From: Rhynchopus sp. YZ270_cl-10
Taxonomy: Eukaryota
Direction of reading: 5' to 3'
Assembly: GCA_964035575.1 (NCBI GenBank)
Contig: OZ037838.1
Location: 1,488,001 to 1,552,000, forward strand
DNA length: 64,000 bases
Positions 1-11,298 of the stretch are shown here, in pieces. Position numbers and translations under genes: made by a program. Numbering within the stretch: position 1 is the first letter of the stretch; each line of letters begins with the position of its first letter. Under the pieces are notes generated by a model, which ran no database searches, was not told the origin of the DNA, and saw nothing but the letters and a program-made list of their open reading frames with translations.

Positions 1-183
1 GATATGGATGCTGGCAAACAACATTTACTGCACCAGTATGATGTGGCGACCATGTCCTGTGTGCGTGAGATACCGGACTCCGACAGCTGCGAAGGGTTTG
101 CGATATCGCCGTGTTCACGTGTGGTACTATTTGCGAATACGAGACGAAACACTTTTGAGACGAAACATCTGTACCCCTACTGA
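1..183 (+). CDS. 3' end of a Ubl-WD40 propeller family gene (copy 0, truncated by window start)
   Basis: Frame 1 reads DMDAGKQHLLHQYDVATMSCVREIPDSDSCEGFAISPCSRVVLFANTRRNTFETKHLYPY*, matching the C-terminus of the full copies. Confidence 0.9.
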   Translation, partial: DMDAGKQHLLHQYDVATMSCVREIPDSDSCEGFAISPCSRVVLFANTRRNTFETKHLYPY

Positions 184-506
184 GTGATGTTTTGCGAGAG
201 GTTGTGTTTGTGCAGCTTCTCGCAGGCAGTCCACCCCAGAAGCACCTCCTCGCTGTCGCTGAGTACTGCACTGTTCTGCTGTAGTGAGACCACCGACGGG
301 ATACTCATTATTTTTTCCCGGGGACATGACACTTGAGACATATCGATATATATCGTTGGAAATATTTTAGTAAATGCGAAGACGATTCTTGTGCTCCTCA
401 CTTCTCCCCCACACTATGTCAATACAACAGGTTAGAGCGTTTGTCACATCGCATACACAACCTTGCAGAACACGACACCCGCTGCCTCTAACGAAGACAC
501 AAAACA

Positions 507-1622
507 ATGGATGTGACCTTTGTGCTGGAAGAGTCAGGCGTGACTGCGACAGTGGAGGTGCCGTGCGAGGCGGACGTTGCAGCGGCAAAGGAGGTTGCGT
601 GCACGGCGCTTGCTGTCTCGCCTGCGTCTGTCGAGATGCGCATCGGCACGCAGGTGCTGGAGGGGACGTGCCGTCTGCAGGACACTGCGTTTGATGCAGG
701 GGTGCAGGTTGTGCTTGCCTGTCCTCGCTTTGCCGACATCAAGTGTCCTGCTGAGTACAGTGTAGATGCGCCATCTGGTGGGCAGGGGATGAATATTAAT
801 TACTTTTCGCTGTCTCCTTGTGGAGCACTCTGCCTCTTTACACAGGAGGAACGCAACGTCGCCGGCCTCGATACAGAAACCTTCAGCCCTGCCTTCACGT
901 TCAAAGTAGACTTTGCGGTGTGCAGTGTACCTGCCATCTCACGGTGCAAGACACGCTGCTACCTGGCGAGTAGGAATTGTCTTGCGGAGGTTTCGCTTCC
1001 GGGTGGGGAGGTGCTCCGCAAAGTTGACGGCCGCTCGTACGCAGTGTACGCGTGTGGTGGTGTTGTCTCCTGTGGCGAACAAGGAAGCGTCTCTGTGTAT
1101 GACGAAGACCTGACGTTGCTCCGCTTGCGCCCTCACATCTGGTACCTAGGTGGTATGATGGCAGTGTCTGGCTGTGGTGGGTGGGTGATCACCTCCTCCC
1201 TCAGCGATGAGAAGGCACGTCTGTGGGATGTGAACACAGGTGAAGCTGTGGTATGTGTGCCTGCGGATGGGAGGCCGGTGGCTTTTTCACTGCCTGCCTC
1301 GCTCTTTGCTGTGGTATGCTCTGACAAAGTGCAGCTCTATGACTGGAGTGGTGTGGCTCTTCGCAGCTTTGAAAAAAAAGGTTATATTTTAGTTTGCATG
1401 CGATTCACACCATGTGGGAAGTACCTCGTAGGAATGTTTTTGGATGGTTATGGGTTTGCTGAATATTCACTGCACCAGTATGATGTGGCAACCATGTCCT
1501 GTGTGCGTGTGATCACTGATGTAGACTGTCGCTCGTTTGCGATATCGCCGTGTTTACGTGTGGTATTGTTTATGAGCTCGGTATGCGAAAGCATTGTGAT
1601 GAGGCATCTGTACCCCTACTGA
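507..1622 (+). CDS. Ubl-WD40-like beta-propeller protein (copy 1, 371 aa)
   Basis: N-terminal ~70 aa follow the ubiquitin beta-grasp pattern (GVTATVEV...VAAAKE...SPASVEMRIGTQVLEG..RLQD...VVL) with no di-Gly. Then seven blade-like repeats (SLSPCG, AISRCK, ACGG, VSGCGG..RLWDVNTGE, FSLPAS..QLYDWSG, FTPCGK..HQYDV, AISPC). Confidence 0.9.
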   Translation: MDVTFVLEESGVTATVEVPCEADVAAAKEVACTALAVSPASVEMRIGTQVLEGTCRLQDTAFDAGVQVVLACPRFADIKCPAEYSVDAPSGGQGMNINYFSLSPCGALCLFTQEERNVAGLDTETFSPAFTFKVDFAVCSVPAISRCKTRCYLASRNCLAEVSLPGGEVLRKVDGRSYAVYACGGVVSCGEQGSVSVYDEDLTLLRLRPHIWYLGGMMAVSGCGGWVITSSLSDEKARLWDVNTGEAVVCVPADGRPVAFSLPASLFAVVCSDKVQLYDWSGVALRSFEKKGYILVCMRFTPCGKYLVGMFLDGYGFAEYSLHQYDVATMSCVRVITDVDCRSFAISPCLRVVLFMSSVCESIVMRHLYPY

Positions 1623-1954
1623 GTGATGTTTTGCGAGAGGTTGTGTTTATTCAGCTTCTCGCAGGTAGTCCACCCCAGAAGCACCTCCTCGCTGTCGCTG
1701 AGTACTGCGGTGTGTTGCTATCGTGCGTTGCATCAGTATTTGCGTTGCACCCTCGACCTACTAGCCTGTGAGGGAATTCACTTTGAGGATAACGACCACA
1801 CCACCCTTTACCCCACTCTTACTTTTGCTTTGTTCAAACCCTCTTCTGTTGGTGGAAACTACCGACACAACTAAAACATCACAAACACACAAAACAAAAC
1901 AACCCACACCTCATCTCCTTCCTAACAGAGCTGGAACAAGAAGAAGACAAAACA

Positions 1955-3040
1955 ATGGATGTGACCTTTGTGCTGGAAGAGTCAGGCGTGACTGCGACAG
2001 TGGAGGTGCCGTGCGAGGCGGACGTTGCAGCGGCAAAGGAGGTTGCGTGCACGGCGCTTGCTGTCTCGCCTGCGTCTGTCGAGATGCGCATCGGCACGCA
2101 GGTGCTGGAGGGGACGTGCCGTCTGCAGGACACTGCGTTTGATGCAGGGGTGCAGGTTGTGCTTGCCTGTCCTCGCTTTGCCGACATCAAGTGTCCTGCT
2201 GAGTACAGTGTGTATGCAGGATTCTTGTCGCTGTCGCGTTGTGGAACGCTCTGCGTCTATAGTTACGGGAATGGGCATGTTGGCGGCTTCGACACAGAAA
2301 CCTTCGATACTGTCTTCGAGGTTAAAGTGGATCATAATATAAAGTTTGGTCTGCCTGCCATCTCGCAGTGCAAGACACACTGCTACCTGGCGTGCAGGCA
2401 AGAAGGCATACACGAGGTTGCGCTTCCGGGTGGGGAGGTGCTCCGCAAAGTCGACGGCATCTCGTCTTCAGTGTTCGCGTGTGGTGGTGTTGTTGTCTCC
2501 CAAGGCAAAGACGGCGTCTCTGTGTATGACGAAGACCTGACGTTGCTCCGGTCTCTCTCGAATGAACGGTGTGCGGGCTTGGCAGTGTCTGACTGTGGTG
2601 GGTGGGTGATCACCTCCTCCGCAGCAGAGAAGAACGCACGTCTGTGGGATGTGAACACAGGTGAAGCTGTGGCATGTGTGCCTGCTAGTAGGATCGTGGC
2701 GCTTTCACGGTCTGCCTCTGTCTTTGCTGTGGAGTGCTCTGACAAAGTGCAGCTCTATGACTGGAGTGGTGCGGCTCTTGGCAGCTTTGAAAAGGCGGAT
2801 CATGAATTTTCTGGCCTGCAGTTCACTCCCTCCGGGAAGTATCTCGTAGTACGGGTGGTGGAAATGGGTGCTGATAAATATTCACTGCACCAGTATGATG
2901 TGGCGACCATGTCCTGTGTGCGTGAGATACCGGACTCCGACGACTGCGGTGCGTTTGCGATATCGCCGTGTTCACGTGTGGTACTATTTGCGAACTATCT
3001 ACGAGACACTATTGAGACAAGACATCTGCACCCCTACTGA
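1955..3040 (+). CDS. Ubl-WD40-like beta-propeller protein (copy 2, 361 aa)
   Basis: Intact ORF. First ~255 nt read identical to copy 1; same blade framework. Confidence 0.9.
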   Translation: MDVTFVLEESGVTATVEVPCEADVAAAKEVACTALAVSPASVEMRIGTQVLEGTCRLQDTAFDAGVQVVLACPRFADIKCPAEYSVYAGFLSLSRCGTLCVYSYGNGHVGGFDTETFDTVFEVKVDHNIKFGLPAISQCKTHCYLACRQEGIHEVALPGGEVLRKVDGISSSVFACGGVVVSQGKDGVSVYDEDLTLLRSLSNERCAGLAVSDCGGWVITSSAAEKNARLWDVNTGEAVACVPASRIVALSRSASVFAVECSDKVQLYDWSGAALGSFEKADHEFSGLQFTPSGKYLVVRVVEMGADKYSLHQYDVATMSCVREIPDSDDCGAFAISPCSRVVLFANYLRDTIETRHLHPY

Positions 3041-3377
3041 GTGATGTTTTGCGAGAGGTTGTGTTTGTGCAGCTTCTCGCAGGCAGTCCACCCCAGAAGC
3101 ACCTCCTCGCTGTCGCTGAGAAGCAACGTCTATCAGACTGAGTGATGACAGGGTCCCTATCTGCAATGTAACCCCCTGTGAAAGAGCTCCCCCCCGAATG
3201 TGTATCTTTCTTAGGGGTACAGGACCCTCACACTTTGTTATCCCTTCGCAACTCCCCCACCACGGAGCTCAAAACACCACTGTGACCACGACAACATTTC
3301 CTTGTTACCCCCTCTCCCTTTTTGCATAACCTCCTCATAAGTCAGACACAAAGCACACAAAGCACACATAGTACACA

Positions 3378-4082
3378 ATGCGTTCATATGGCTCAGCGCA
3401 GGCAGGAAGCGAGCGTCTCCTCGGTGGTGGCAGCAGCAGCGGCTACGCAGGGAACCCCTTCGCAAGCGCGGCGCACGACGCGCGTGCAAAGCACCGACGC
3501 ATCTTCGAGCCGAAGGTCATGCTCGTCGTCGCGCTCTGCTCAGTTCTCTCCTTCTCCGTCGGCCGCATCACGTCACCACCACCTCTCTCCGAGATGACCC
3601 ACCAGCGGGAACCTACAATAGTCCAGGTATGTTTTTTTTTTCGACAAATTGATATCATTCATTCTACCCCGTGGTCGATAGCATAACCTTTCCATAGCCC
3701 GATATCATAGCCACTCTTGAACACTTCCCTATTGCAGGCTGCCGATGCGAAGAGAATGGAAAAGCTTTTAAAACTACTTGAGGAGAGCAAGCAGCGGGAG
3801 GTGCTAGCGGTTCAGAAGTCCGACAGACTTGCGGCAGGTTCGATGTCCGGCACAGCACAGATCGCAAAAGAAGAGCTGCCAGAGACGTCACACACAGACA
3901 AGGTGGTACCCGCTCCGCCGGTCATAGAAGTGGTGCGTCGCGTGAAAGACCCGGAGGCTTTGCTGCAGTCATCTGTCGCGGAGAGCAAGCAGGCGCTCAG
4001 TGAAGAGAAGCCGGCCAAACCCATCAACGCTAGCGAACAGAAGCCCTCCGCAGTGGAGAAGGTGGAGGAGGAAAAGTTGTAG
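3378..4082 (+). CDS. Hypothetical single-pass membrane protein, two exons (3378-3626, 3738-4082; ~197 aa)
   Basis: A phase-0 intron (GTATGT donor at 3627, TTGCAG acceptor ending 3737) joins ORFs 3378 and 3717 in frame. Hydrophobic segment VMLVVALCSVLSFSVG is followed by a charged, coiled-coil-like C-terminus. Confidence 0.7.
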
Positions 4083-6711
4083 TTGACAAGGTGGTCACCT
4101 ATAAAAGGGGGAGGGGGGTTAAAGTATAGCGGAAAGAAGAAGTTCTTGCAAATGGAACTAAATAGCTGGGGTGGTGGGGGTGGGCTGGGGATGTCTTTTT
4201 TTGAAAAATTCTTGAAAAAATACAAGCGTTACAGCGGGTTCTTAAGGAGGTCCTTAAGGGCTGTGCCCGTTTGCCTGGCTTTGCAAAAAAAATTGATGAA
4301 AAGTGTTTCTTTTCCCAAAAAACAATAAAAATAGGTAATGGTGTCATCATAAAAAAGCTCTGTTGCTCTCGTTTCTTTTGTAAGGTGGGGGACGTCTGAA
4401 AAAGCGTCTTGGGGAGGATCAACTGCGTGTTGACCCATATGTTTGTCAACAAAGCAAGATCTGAAGATATCTGAGATAGAGTTGCTTCTTGTGCTGGTTT
4501 TTATTTGGTTTTAGTTGCAGTTCAAATAAACGAAAAAGTAAAATAATTTAAAAGCCTCTGATCACTCTCTCAGAGGATCGGATGTGCTGTACAGTTTTGT
4601 GAAAATATCCGCTCTTCAAAAGGCACTGCATACACGACGACATTTGCCATAATGTGACACAGTCTATGTTACAACTACAGTTGGACAAGAAACTAGGCGC
4701 CCAAATATGGCAGATTTTGGGGGTTTTCTTGTAATTGGCGATTTTTTTGGTCAATATTATTTGTCCAACTGTAACATAAAAGGATAATATATTATACAGA
4801 ACTGCTTGTCAAGTGTGCTTTGTCATGTCATGACAAATGTCGTCGTGTCAGGGGCCAAATCAATTCGGTGATTTATTGAGAGATATTTGACGGAAAAAGC
4901 AAAAGTATGATAAATGGAGCACATCCTGAGTGTTGCCCTTAGAACGAATATTTTTGAGGGGGGAAAACGGGGTAATGGCAAAAATAAGAAAAGCTTTGAA
5001 GACCTTTAGACCAGCAGGTGGAAAGTGATGGTCGATGCAGCAAAACAAAGAAGAACAAAAAGAGGATCTCGCCACATAGGATCCCTTTGTGAAAACGTCT
5101 TCTTTTTTTGCGTGTCTTTTCCTCCCCCACCACCACCACAACAAAACGCGCCCACCCTTCTGGGTAGGTTGCGCTGGTTTTATGTTATTTTATTTTTTAC
5201 TCACTTCGCTTCTGGGAAGATCCATCAGGGGAGCACTAACAAGTACGTGCCAAAGTGCGCCGCCAGAGGTGTGAGTGAGTCACAGAGTGCGCGAAAACAA
5301 GGATTCACTCGAGTGGATCAAAAGTATTTTTTTTTTTCCCTTTTGCATGATTTCAGGAACCAGTTCCTCTCTGCTACAGTGATATGAGAACGAAACGCAT
5401 TGCGAAGCAGTTTATTCTTTTAACGCTCCGTCCCAAATTTTTGTCCACACATACGATAAAGTAATAGTTACTCCACTAAATAAATCGAGCAAAAATATGG
5501 TGAACTCAGCGGAGCCCGGTTTTAAAAGTGCCAAAAACGACCTTTTCGTTTTGACGCATTGTGACTTCCTCAAATGCACTTTTCAAGGGTAAAAAATTCG
5601 GGTTTTCTAAGCACAACCAGTGTTAAGTCAAAAAATTTCGCGAAAAAAAAAATAGATTTTTTTTGACTCTAGATGCCGGAACCCAGAAACGTCCATTCGA
5701 GCAATTTTTTTTTGGTTTTGACACACCCTGTGCCCGCCAGGCATAGTCTGTACAAAGTGATTTTTACCTGGATTTTTGCCTGTATTTTCCTTAAGGAAAA
5801 TACATAGGGAATTATCTTAATTTAAAAAAAAGTTCTGTATTCTGCAGTACAAAAGGTTTCGGCTTAGAGTACAGAACTTTTGTTCCGTTTTTTTGGAGCG
5901 AAGTGACTGTCGACACAATAATGTTCGAAACTTTGCACCTTTCTGAATGAACTAAACACAATAACAAAAAACGAAAATAAATAATAACTGAATCTGATAA
6001 TTCCCGTTAAAGTATATCCTCACAATTTAACGCAGGGAGTTGTGGGTCATGAATGTACTAATCCCACGAGCGCAGCGAGTGGGATTACACAGAACAGAGA
6101 AGCGAGGGTCATACCCGGTTCTTTGGGTAAGCATGAAGTGCATGCATCATGGGGTGGAACATTCATAACAATAAATCAAGTTTTCAAATAAAAAGGAAGT
6201 TGTTTCAAGCATAGACGCGTGAAAACCCCTTATGCATCCCCCGCCCCTTATTCAAAACTATAGTTTGAACAACACTTCCTCAGAAAAGAAAACCGAATTA
6301 TTGAGTGTTTTTTCTCTCCCTTTTGACCCCCTAAGGCCCCCTTTTTTTTAGGGTACAGTTCTTCTCTGAGGGCTATTTTTTGTCAAAAAAAAAATATTTT
6401 TTGCAAGGTGACTAAAGCACGAAAGCTTAGATTCACTTTCTTTTTTCTCTTTCTTGAGTAGACCCCTATCTTGCTTGCAAGGGTGACGAAAAGCTCTTTC
6501 ACAGGCTTAGGATCATTGTTACCAACTTTTTTCTTCTCCCCCCTTTTCCCCTTTTGCAGTAGTACCCCCTTATGGGCGCTATGTGAACAGGCGCGTTCTT
6601 CGTAATATCAAAAAAAGCTCGCTCTCTCTCCTATTCTTCTATCATATGTGTTCACGAGAGGCTCATTGATCAAAAGATATTTTACTTTTTTTGAAACATT
6701 TTGTCATTGAA

Positions 6712-6848
6712 TACAACGATACAAAGGCCGCATCGGCCTCGCTAAGGCTGGCTCAGGTGTGGTTGTAAGTACTACACCTCAGTCACGCCTCAGGATAGAT
6801 TTTCCAGACATGCCTCTTTCAGGCGTAGCCAAGCCTCGTTGCATTGTA
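6712..6848 (-). mobile_element. Shorter, degenerate copy of the TIR MITE at 42574-42858, in inverted orientation
   Basis: Ends tacaacgatacaaaggccgcatcggcctcgctaaggctgg and gatagattttccagacatgcctctttcaggcgtagccaagcctcgttgcattgta match the reverse complement of both ends of the 42.6-kb element. Confidence 0.7.
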
Positions 6849-8155
6849 ATGTTATGTTGGTGTTCTTTTTTGTTTTGCATTTTTCCATTGGAATTCCAAT
6901 TATCTGACCAAGAGGACGTAAAGCATTCTACTCCCTTTTTAGTCAGCTATTGGGGGCAGATGCCAACCTCGAATAGTGGTATCCCATGTTGGGATGCATG
7001 GTTCGGGTCCACCAGGTTGCACCCCCCTGGTTGGTCTATGTACCAAAGTACATTGTCACAAGAGGAGTCAAATTTTGCTTTCATTTTTTATGGTTTTTTT
7101 TTTTGGTTCTGTTTCTATCCCTGTGGAAGCGAACAACAAACAACCTTTACTTTTTCCCCCCCCGGTTTATAGTCTTTTGAGCAGCAAGCAAAGAGGAATC
7201 TCTCGAGCATTTTTTTATGGTTTTTTTGGTTCTGTTTCTATTCCCTCCCTTCTCCTTCTTTCCCAAACCCTCATAATCACTAGCACCCTCTTTTTGTTGT
7301 GTTTTTTCAGCAACCTAGCTAATTTTGCCTTTTTCTTTTCTTTTTTTTACGCAGTACTTTGTGTCACGCAGTTCACTCACCCAACCGCGTTCCGCAACAC
7401 CACCCCTACAAGCGTAGGTAGTGTGTGGAAGCGTCAACCGCACAGTATAGTGTGTCGTTATTCTATCTGGGATCTCTCCTTTCAATGGATGGCTGTTCCC
7501 GTTTTCTCCCTGTCTCCTTTTCGTGAAATGGTGATAAAAGGAGGATCAATGGTGAGAGAAGAGAAGAAGAGAGTGTGGCTGCCCATTTTTATGTAATTTT
7601 TTTCCTCAAAAAAAAAGGGGGGAAAAGGGGAAGGTTACGATCTCACGCATCTAGGTGTTGCGTTTTTTGGCAGTATTTTCCAAAAAAAAAAAAAAGGGAG
7701 AAGGTAAAAAAAAAAAATGTATTGAGGCGCACCTATTCGTTTAGGTAAGGTGGGTTGCCCTTTTTTTTTTGGAAGCCTTTTTTTTTTTTTTTTTTGAAAA
7801 TCCCTAGGGGAAGATGACCCGTCGGGGGGTTAAATACCAATATATCGGCAACCTGCAATCTCACTCCCCCCAAAAAAAGACGGCGACGTTCAGTGAAAAA
7901 AAAAAAAGGTTTTCCCCTTTTTCACATATTTACCTTTTTCTCAATCTCCTCCCGTTTTCCCCCCTACCTCAAACACCACCCCACCACCTTTCAGCACCTT
8001 CCCTTCCCCTTCTCATACCCCTATATTACACCAATTTAAACACAGCAGCTGCCCCCTAATCTCTACACCACATTAGATTTCATTAAGTTGCATCTGGTAT
8101 TTTACCGTTTTCATCCCCCCCGCCTCGCTCCCCCCCCTTTCCCCCCATTAATAAA

Positions 8156-9159
8156 ATGGCACCCAAACGAGATCCACAGGTAACTCGAAGTGTGAGGACG
8201 AATTCAGGGAATGGAAAGACATTTTCGGTGTACCCAGAGGGGCAGGGGGGAGGGCCTGCGGTCGTTGCGACAGAGCAAGGGGGTGCAGACTCGTCTTGTG
8301 GAGAGTCCTTCATCCGCGTGCACAGCGACAGTGCAGTGCAGACACACTTCTTTGCCGATGCAGAGCAGGAGGCAGACGCCGCAGGCACAGCAACAGCGGG
8401 GGGAGGAGGAGGGGGTGGAGGTGGAGGTGAAGCAGAAGGCCCCGAAGGCGGGAAGGTGGCCCTGCACAGCGACGTTGCCTGCCTCGATCAGTACCACCCT
8501 GCGAACTTTATCGACTCATCCAAGAAACGTCTAGTTGTCTGCGAGGTATATACCCTTTTTTTTTCAAAAACGTCCTTTTTTTGTGCGCTTTTCTCATCAT
8601 TTTTGACTTTTGAAAATTAACATTTTTCAACTGAGAGGACACGAAAAAATGCGCTCGAATTAAACGACGAAATAGATTCTCGTTATTATTGCACCCTCCC
8701 CACAAAGCAAAAACCACAACTTTCATTCAACCCCTTTTTTTCCAGATCTGTTTAGAAGAAGGTGTACCGTGTTCCATGCGATACCAAGGTGGGGAGCAGT
8801 GGACGCACCGCACCGGGGAGTGCGCCGCGCTCTTCAGCAGCCACCTGATGGAGGTGGACCGGCGCAGTGTGCAGGTCCTCCTCTCAGAGATCCGCTACTG
8901 CACCGGCGCGCTTGAGACCTTCCAAAGCTGCTTCGGCGGCGACCGTGAGTACAGCGTCCGTGCACTCCAGGAGGAACGCTCGCAGGCCGTCGTCGCCCTC
9001 CACCGACGCCTCCGAGCTACCTTCCACGTCCTCGGGGAGGACGGCCCCTGGAAGCTCTCTCGCACAACACGCGAACTCATCCTCGCCTTCACAGCAGGAT
9101 CCCTACGCATGGACACCACGCCTACCGACCCTGCCGACCCTGCCGAAGCCGTGTTCTAG
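8156..9159 (+). CDS. Hypothetical protein, two exons (8156-8545, 8746-9159), Gly-rich with a possible Zn-binding motif
   Basis: Phase-0 intron (GTATAT at 8546, polypyrimidine-CCAG ending 8745) joins two ORFs and reconstitutes a CEIC motif across the junction, followed by H..C..H. Confidence 0.7.
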
Positions 9160-9394
9160 AGAGAAGAGTGCATCGATTTAGAAGAGTGCAGCCTAGGGTA
9201 GAATAGGCAATGCTGTTGAGGGTGGTGCTAGTGGAGCAGCATGTGCCAGAGAGAGAGGAGAGAGATGTGCTTTTTGCGGGTCCTTTCAGAAGGGGCTTCC
9301 AGAAGGGGGTTCGTGTTCTGCTTGAAAATTGGGAGTGTGTTTTGATTGAATTTAGAGTGGGGTAAACGCCTGAACGGAGTATAGTTGGAGGGTG

Positions 9395-9396
<2 letters not shown>

Positions 9397-9447
<51 letters not shown>
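9397..9447. repeat. (GT)n microsatellite, ~25 units
   Basis: Perfect dinucleotide run seen directly. Confidence 0.98.
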
Positions 9448-9448
<1 letters not shown>

Positions 9449-10351
9449 TAGAAAAAAAGTTCGCTAATTTGAATTGTATTGAGCTCAACGGAGCTGTTTT
9501 TAGAATGTTTTCCCTTTCAATAAGATTTTAATAGGCAAAAAGAGTGAGATGTTCTGTTTGGATAATGGGGGGAAGGGGGGGAGTGGTTTTGGTGGGGTGT
9601 GTGTTGTGTGTCTGAAAAGTAAATATGGGTATCGTTTTTTACCCAATCCTGGGGTGGGAACGGGGGGATAATTTTTGTCTGACTTACGTTTGACAGGGAA
9701 TAGTTGAAGATTGAAAGAAAGAGCAAAAATAATTTTACAAAAAAAAAATAAAAGCCCCTCGGGCTACCTACCTCGGTAGGCGATTGACATAATGACGTAA
9801 CTTTTGAATATTTTTTGATAAACACGTTCCCATCGGTCACTCACCTGTTTGGAGCGGGTGCAGGGGCCCGTTATTTTTTTTGTTCGTGGACAAAAACTCC
9901 ATCTTTTGATTGAAAATATTATTTTAATCATTAGTTCGGCAGGTTTTTTGTGTCAGTGCTTGTGTCCCAGAGGCGTTTTGCACGATCTTCACTTTTTTGT
10001 TTTTAGAAATGAATTAGCACCTAGCTTAGGTTCATCTTTTACACTACCGTAAAACGTTCTAATCTTTGTACCGTGGCAATCATCCGATGATTTTTTCTTT
10101 CATAATTATTTTTGTGCTTTTTTTTTTGTTTCCACCCCCCTTGCACTGTCACGAGAGTGCTTTGTTTTTTATTTTCTTTTTTTTTTATTTTGCTCATAAA
10201 CTTGAACCATTTCCCCCTCGAACTGTCGCGAGTGGAGGATTTGTACTTCAAGTTTCGTTGCTTTGGAAAGGCACCACTCCTTTTGAGTGTGACCTAGGCA
10301 CACAGAGGCTTAAGTTCATCTTCAAATAATTGTCAACTTTTCACTTTTTTT

Positions 10352-10767
10352 TTAAAAACCAATTTTGATGCATCGTGTTTCACTTCGGCCCCGCCCGCTC
10401 ACACCAGCTGCGTACTGCTTGCTGTCCTCGTTCAGATTGTTCCAATCCTTGTCGACCAGGTCACCCACGCACTTCACTGCATCCGTCCACTGAAGCTTCG
10501 CGAAATACTGCGCATCAGTGCCAGAACACTGTGCACTCGAGACTCTCTTCTTAGCCGGCGATGTGCAGCTCTGGTCACTCAGTTGCGCACAGTCACGCAG
10601 GATTGCGTCGCAGATCTCATCTTCCTCGAAGACGTCCGTGATCGGAGTCAGGAATATGTTCGACTGCGCGCACCCAGTCGGGGAGTGCATTCGGAATCTC
10701 CACAATAGCTTAGGAAAGCTTGCGGTCCTTTGCTTTCTCGTAGCGTCTCTTCTAGGCCAAAACTCTT
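10352..10767 (-). other. Coding-like island on the minus strand (isolated exon or decayed gene/TE fragment)
   Basis: GC-rich open frame (...MHSPTGCAQSNIFLTPITDVFEEDEICDAILRDC...KQYAAG) in AT-rich DNA, with a GTGAGC donor-like site near 10400. No family recognised. Confidence 0.3.
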
Positions 10768-11298
10768 AGGGGAAACTTCCGCGGGTTTTGCGAATCTGAA
10801 GACTTTGCTTTGCTGGGGGAGCTGCCGCAGCAGCAGTACCGAACCCAGCGACAAGAACTAACGGATAAATCCCATAGACTTACCACTACCCGCCACCTCA
10901 TCCTCCACACAGAAACAACACTTTTCACTTTTATTCCCTCCCCTCCCCTCCCCCTCCCACTCCCTCCCCCAATTCCCAACACCACACACCATGCTCGCTG
11001 TATTGAGCTAAGCACCGCTGCCGCTGACCGTCGTAATAGCTAACTACTCGCTTCGTAGCCCCCCCCCATCGCACCTCCCACAACAACCCTAATTAAAATT
11101 AACTCAAAACGTTGATTCTGCTTATAACTCTTTTTGCAGAACACTTCTACACCTTGCCTGGGTATATTCTATTCTGTGTGTAATATCCTTAAAAGAATTT
11201 CGTTGATTATCCCTTTTGAATTAACAATTGAGGGTTAGTTGCAAACCCCCCCGAGGGGAAACCAAAGGATTTGATTGAAAAACAGAAAAAATAAAAAA

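Noticed and set aside
181..226. Selenocysteine recoding of the TGA via the downstream hairpin
   Set aside because: The hairpin lacks the SECIS AUGA/GA kink-turn and apical AA. Some copies end with a different tail and TAA, and downstream frames are not conserved.
488..742. Recurrent antisense and alternate-frame ORFs over each Ubl region (MMSAKRG..., MQRQRRLR...)
   Set aside because: They are shadows of the same conserved GC-rich DNA; recurrence follows from nucleotide identity, not independent coding.
4083..8100. Short ORFs in AT-rich spacer (e.g. 6976-7596)
   Set aside because: Phe/Lys-rich translations of poly-T/poly-A tracts with no recognisable motifs or coding-like composition.
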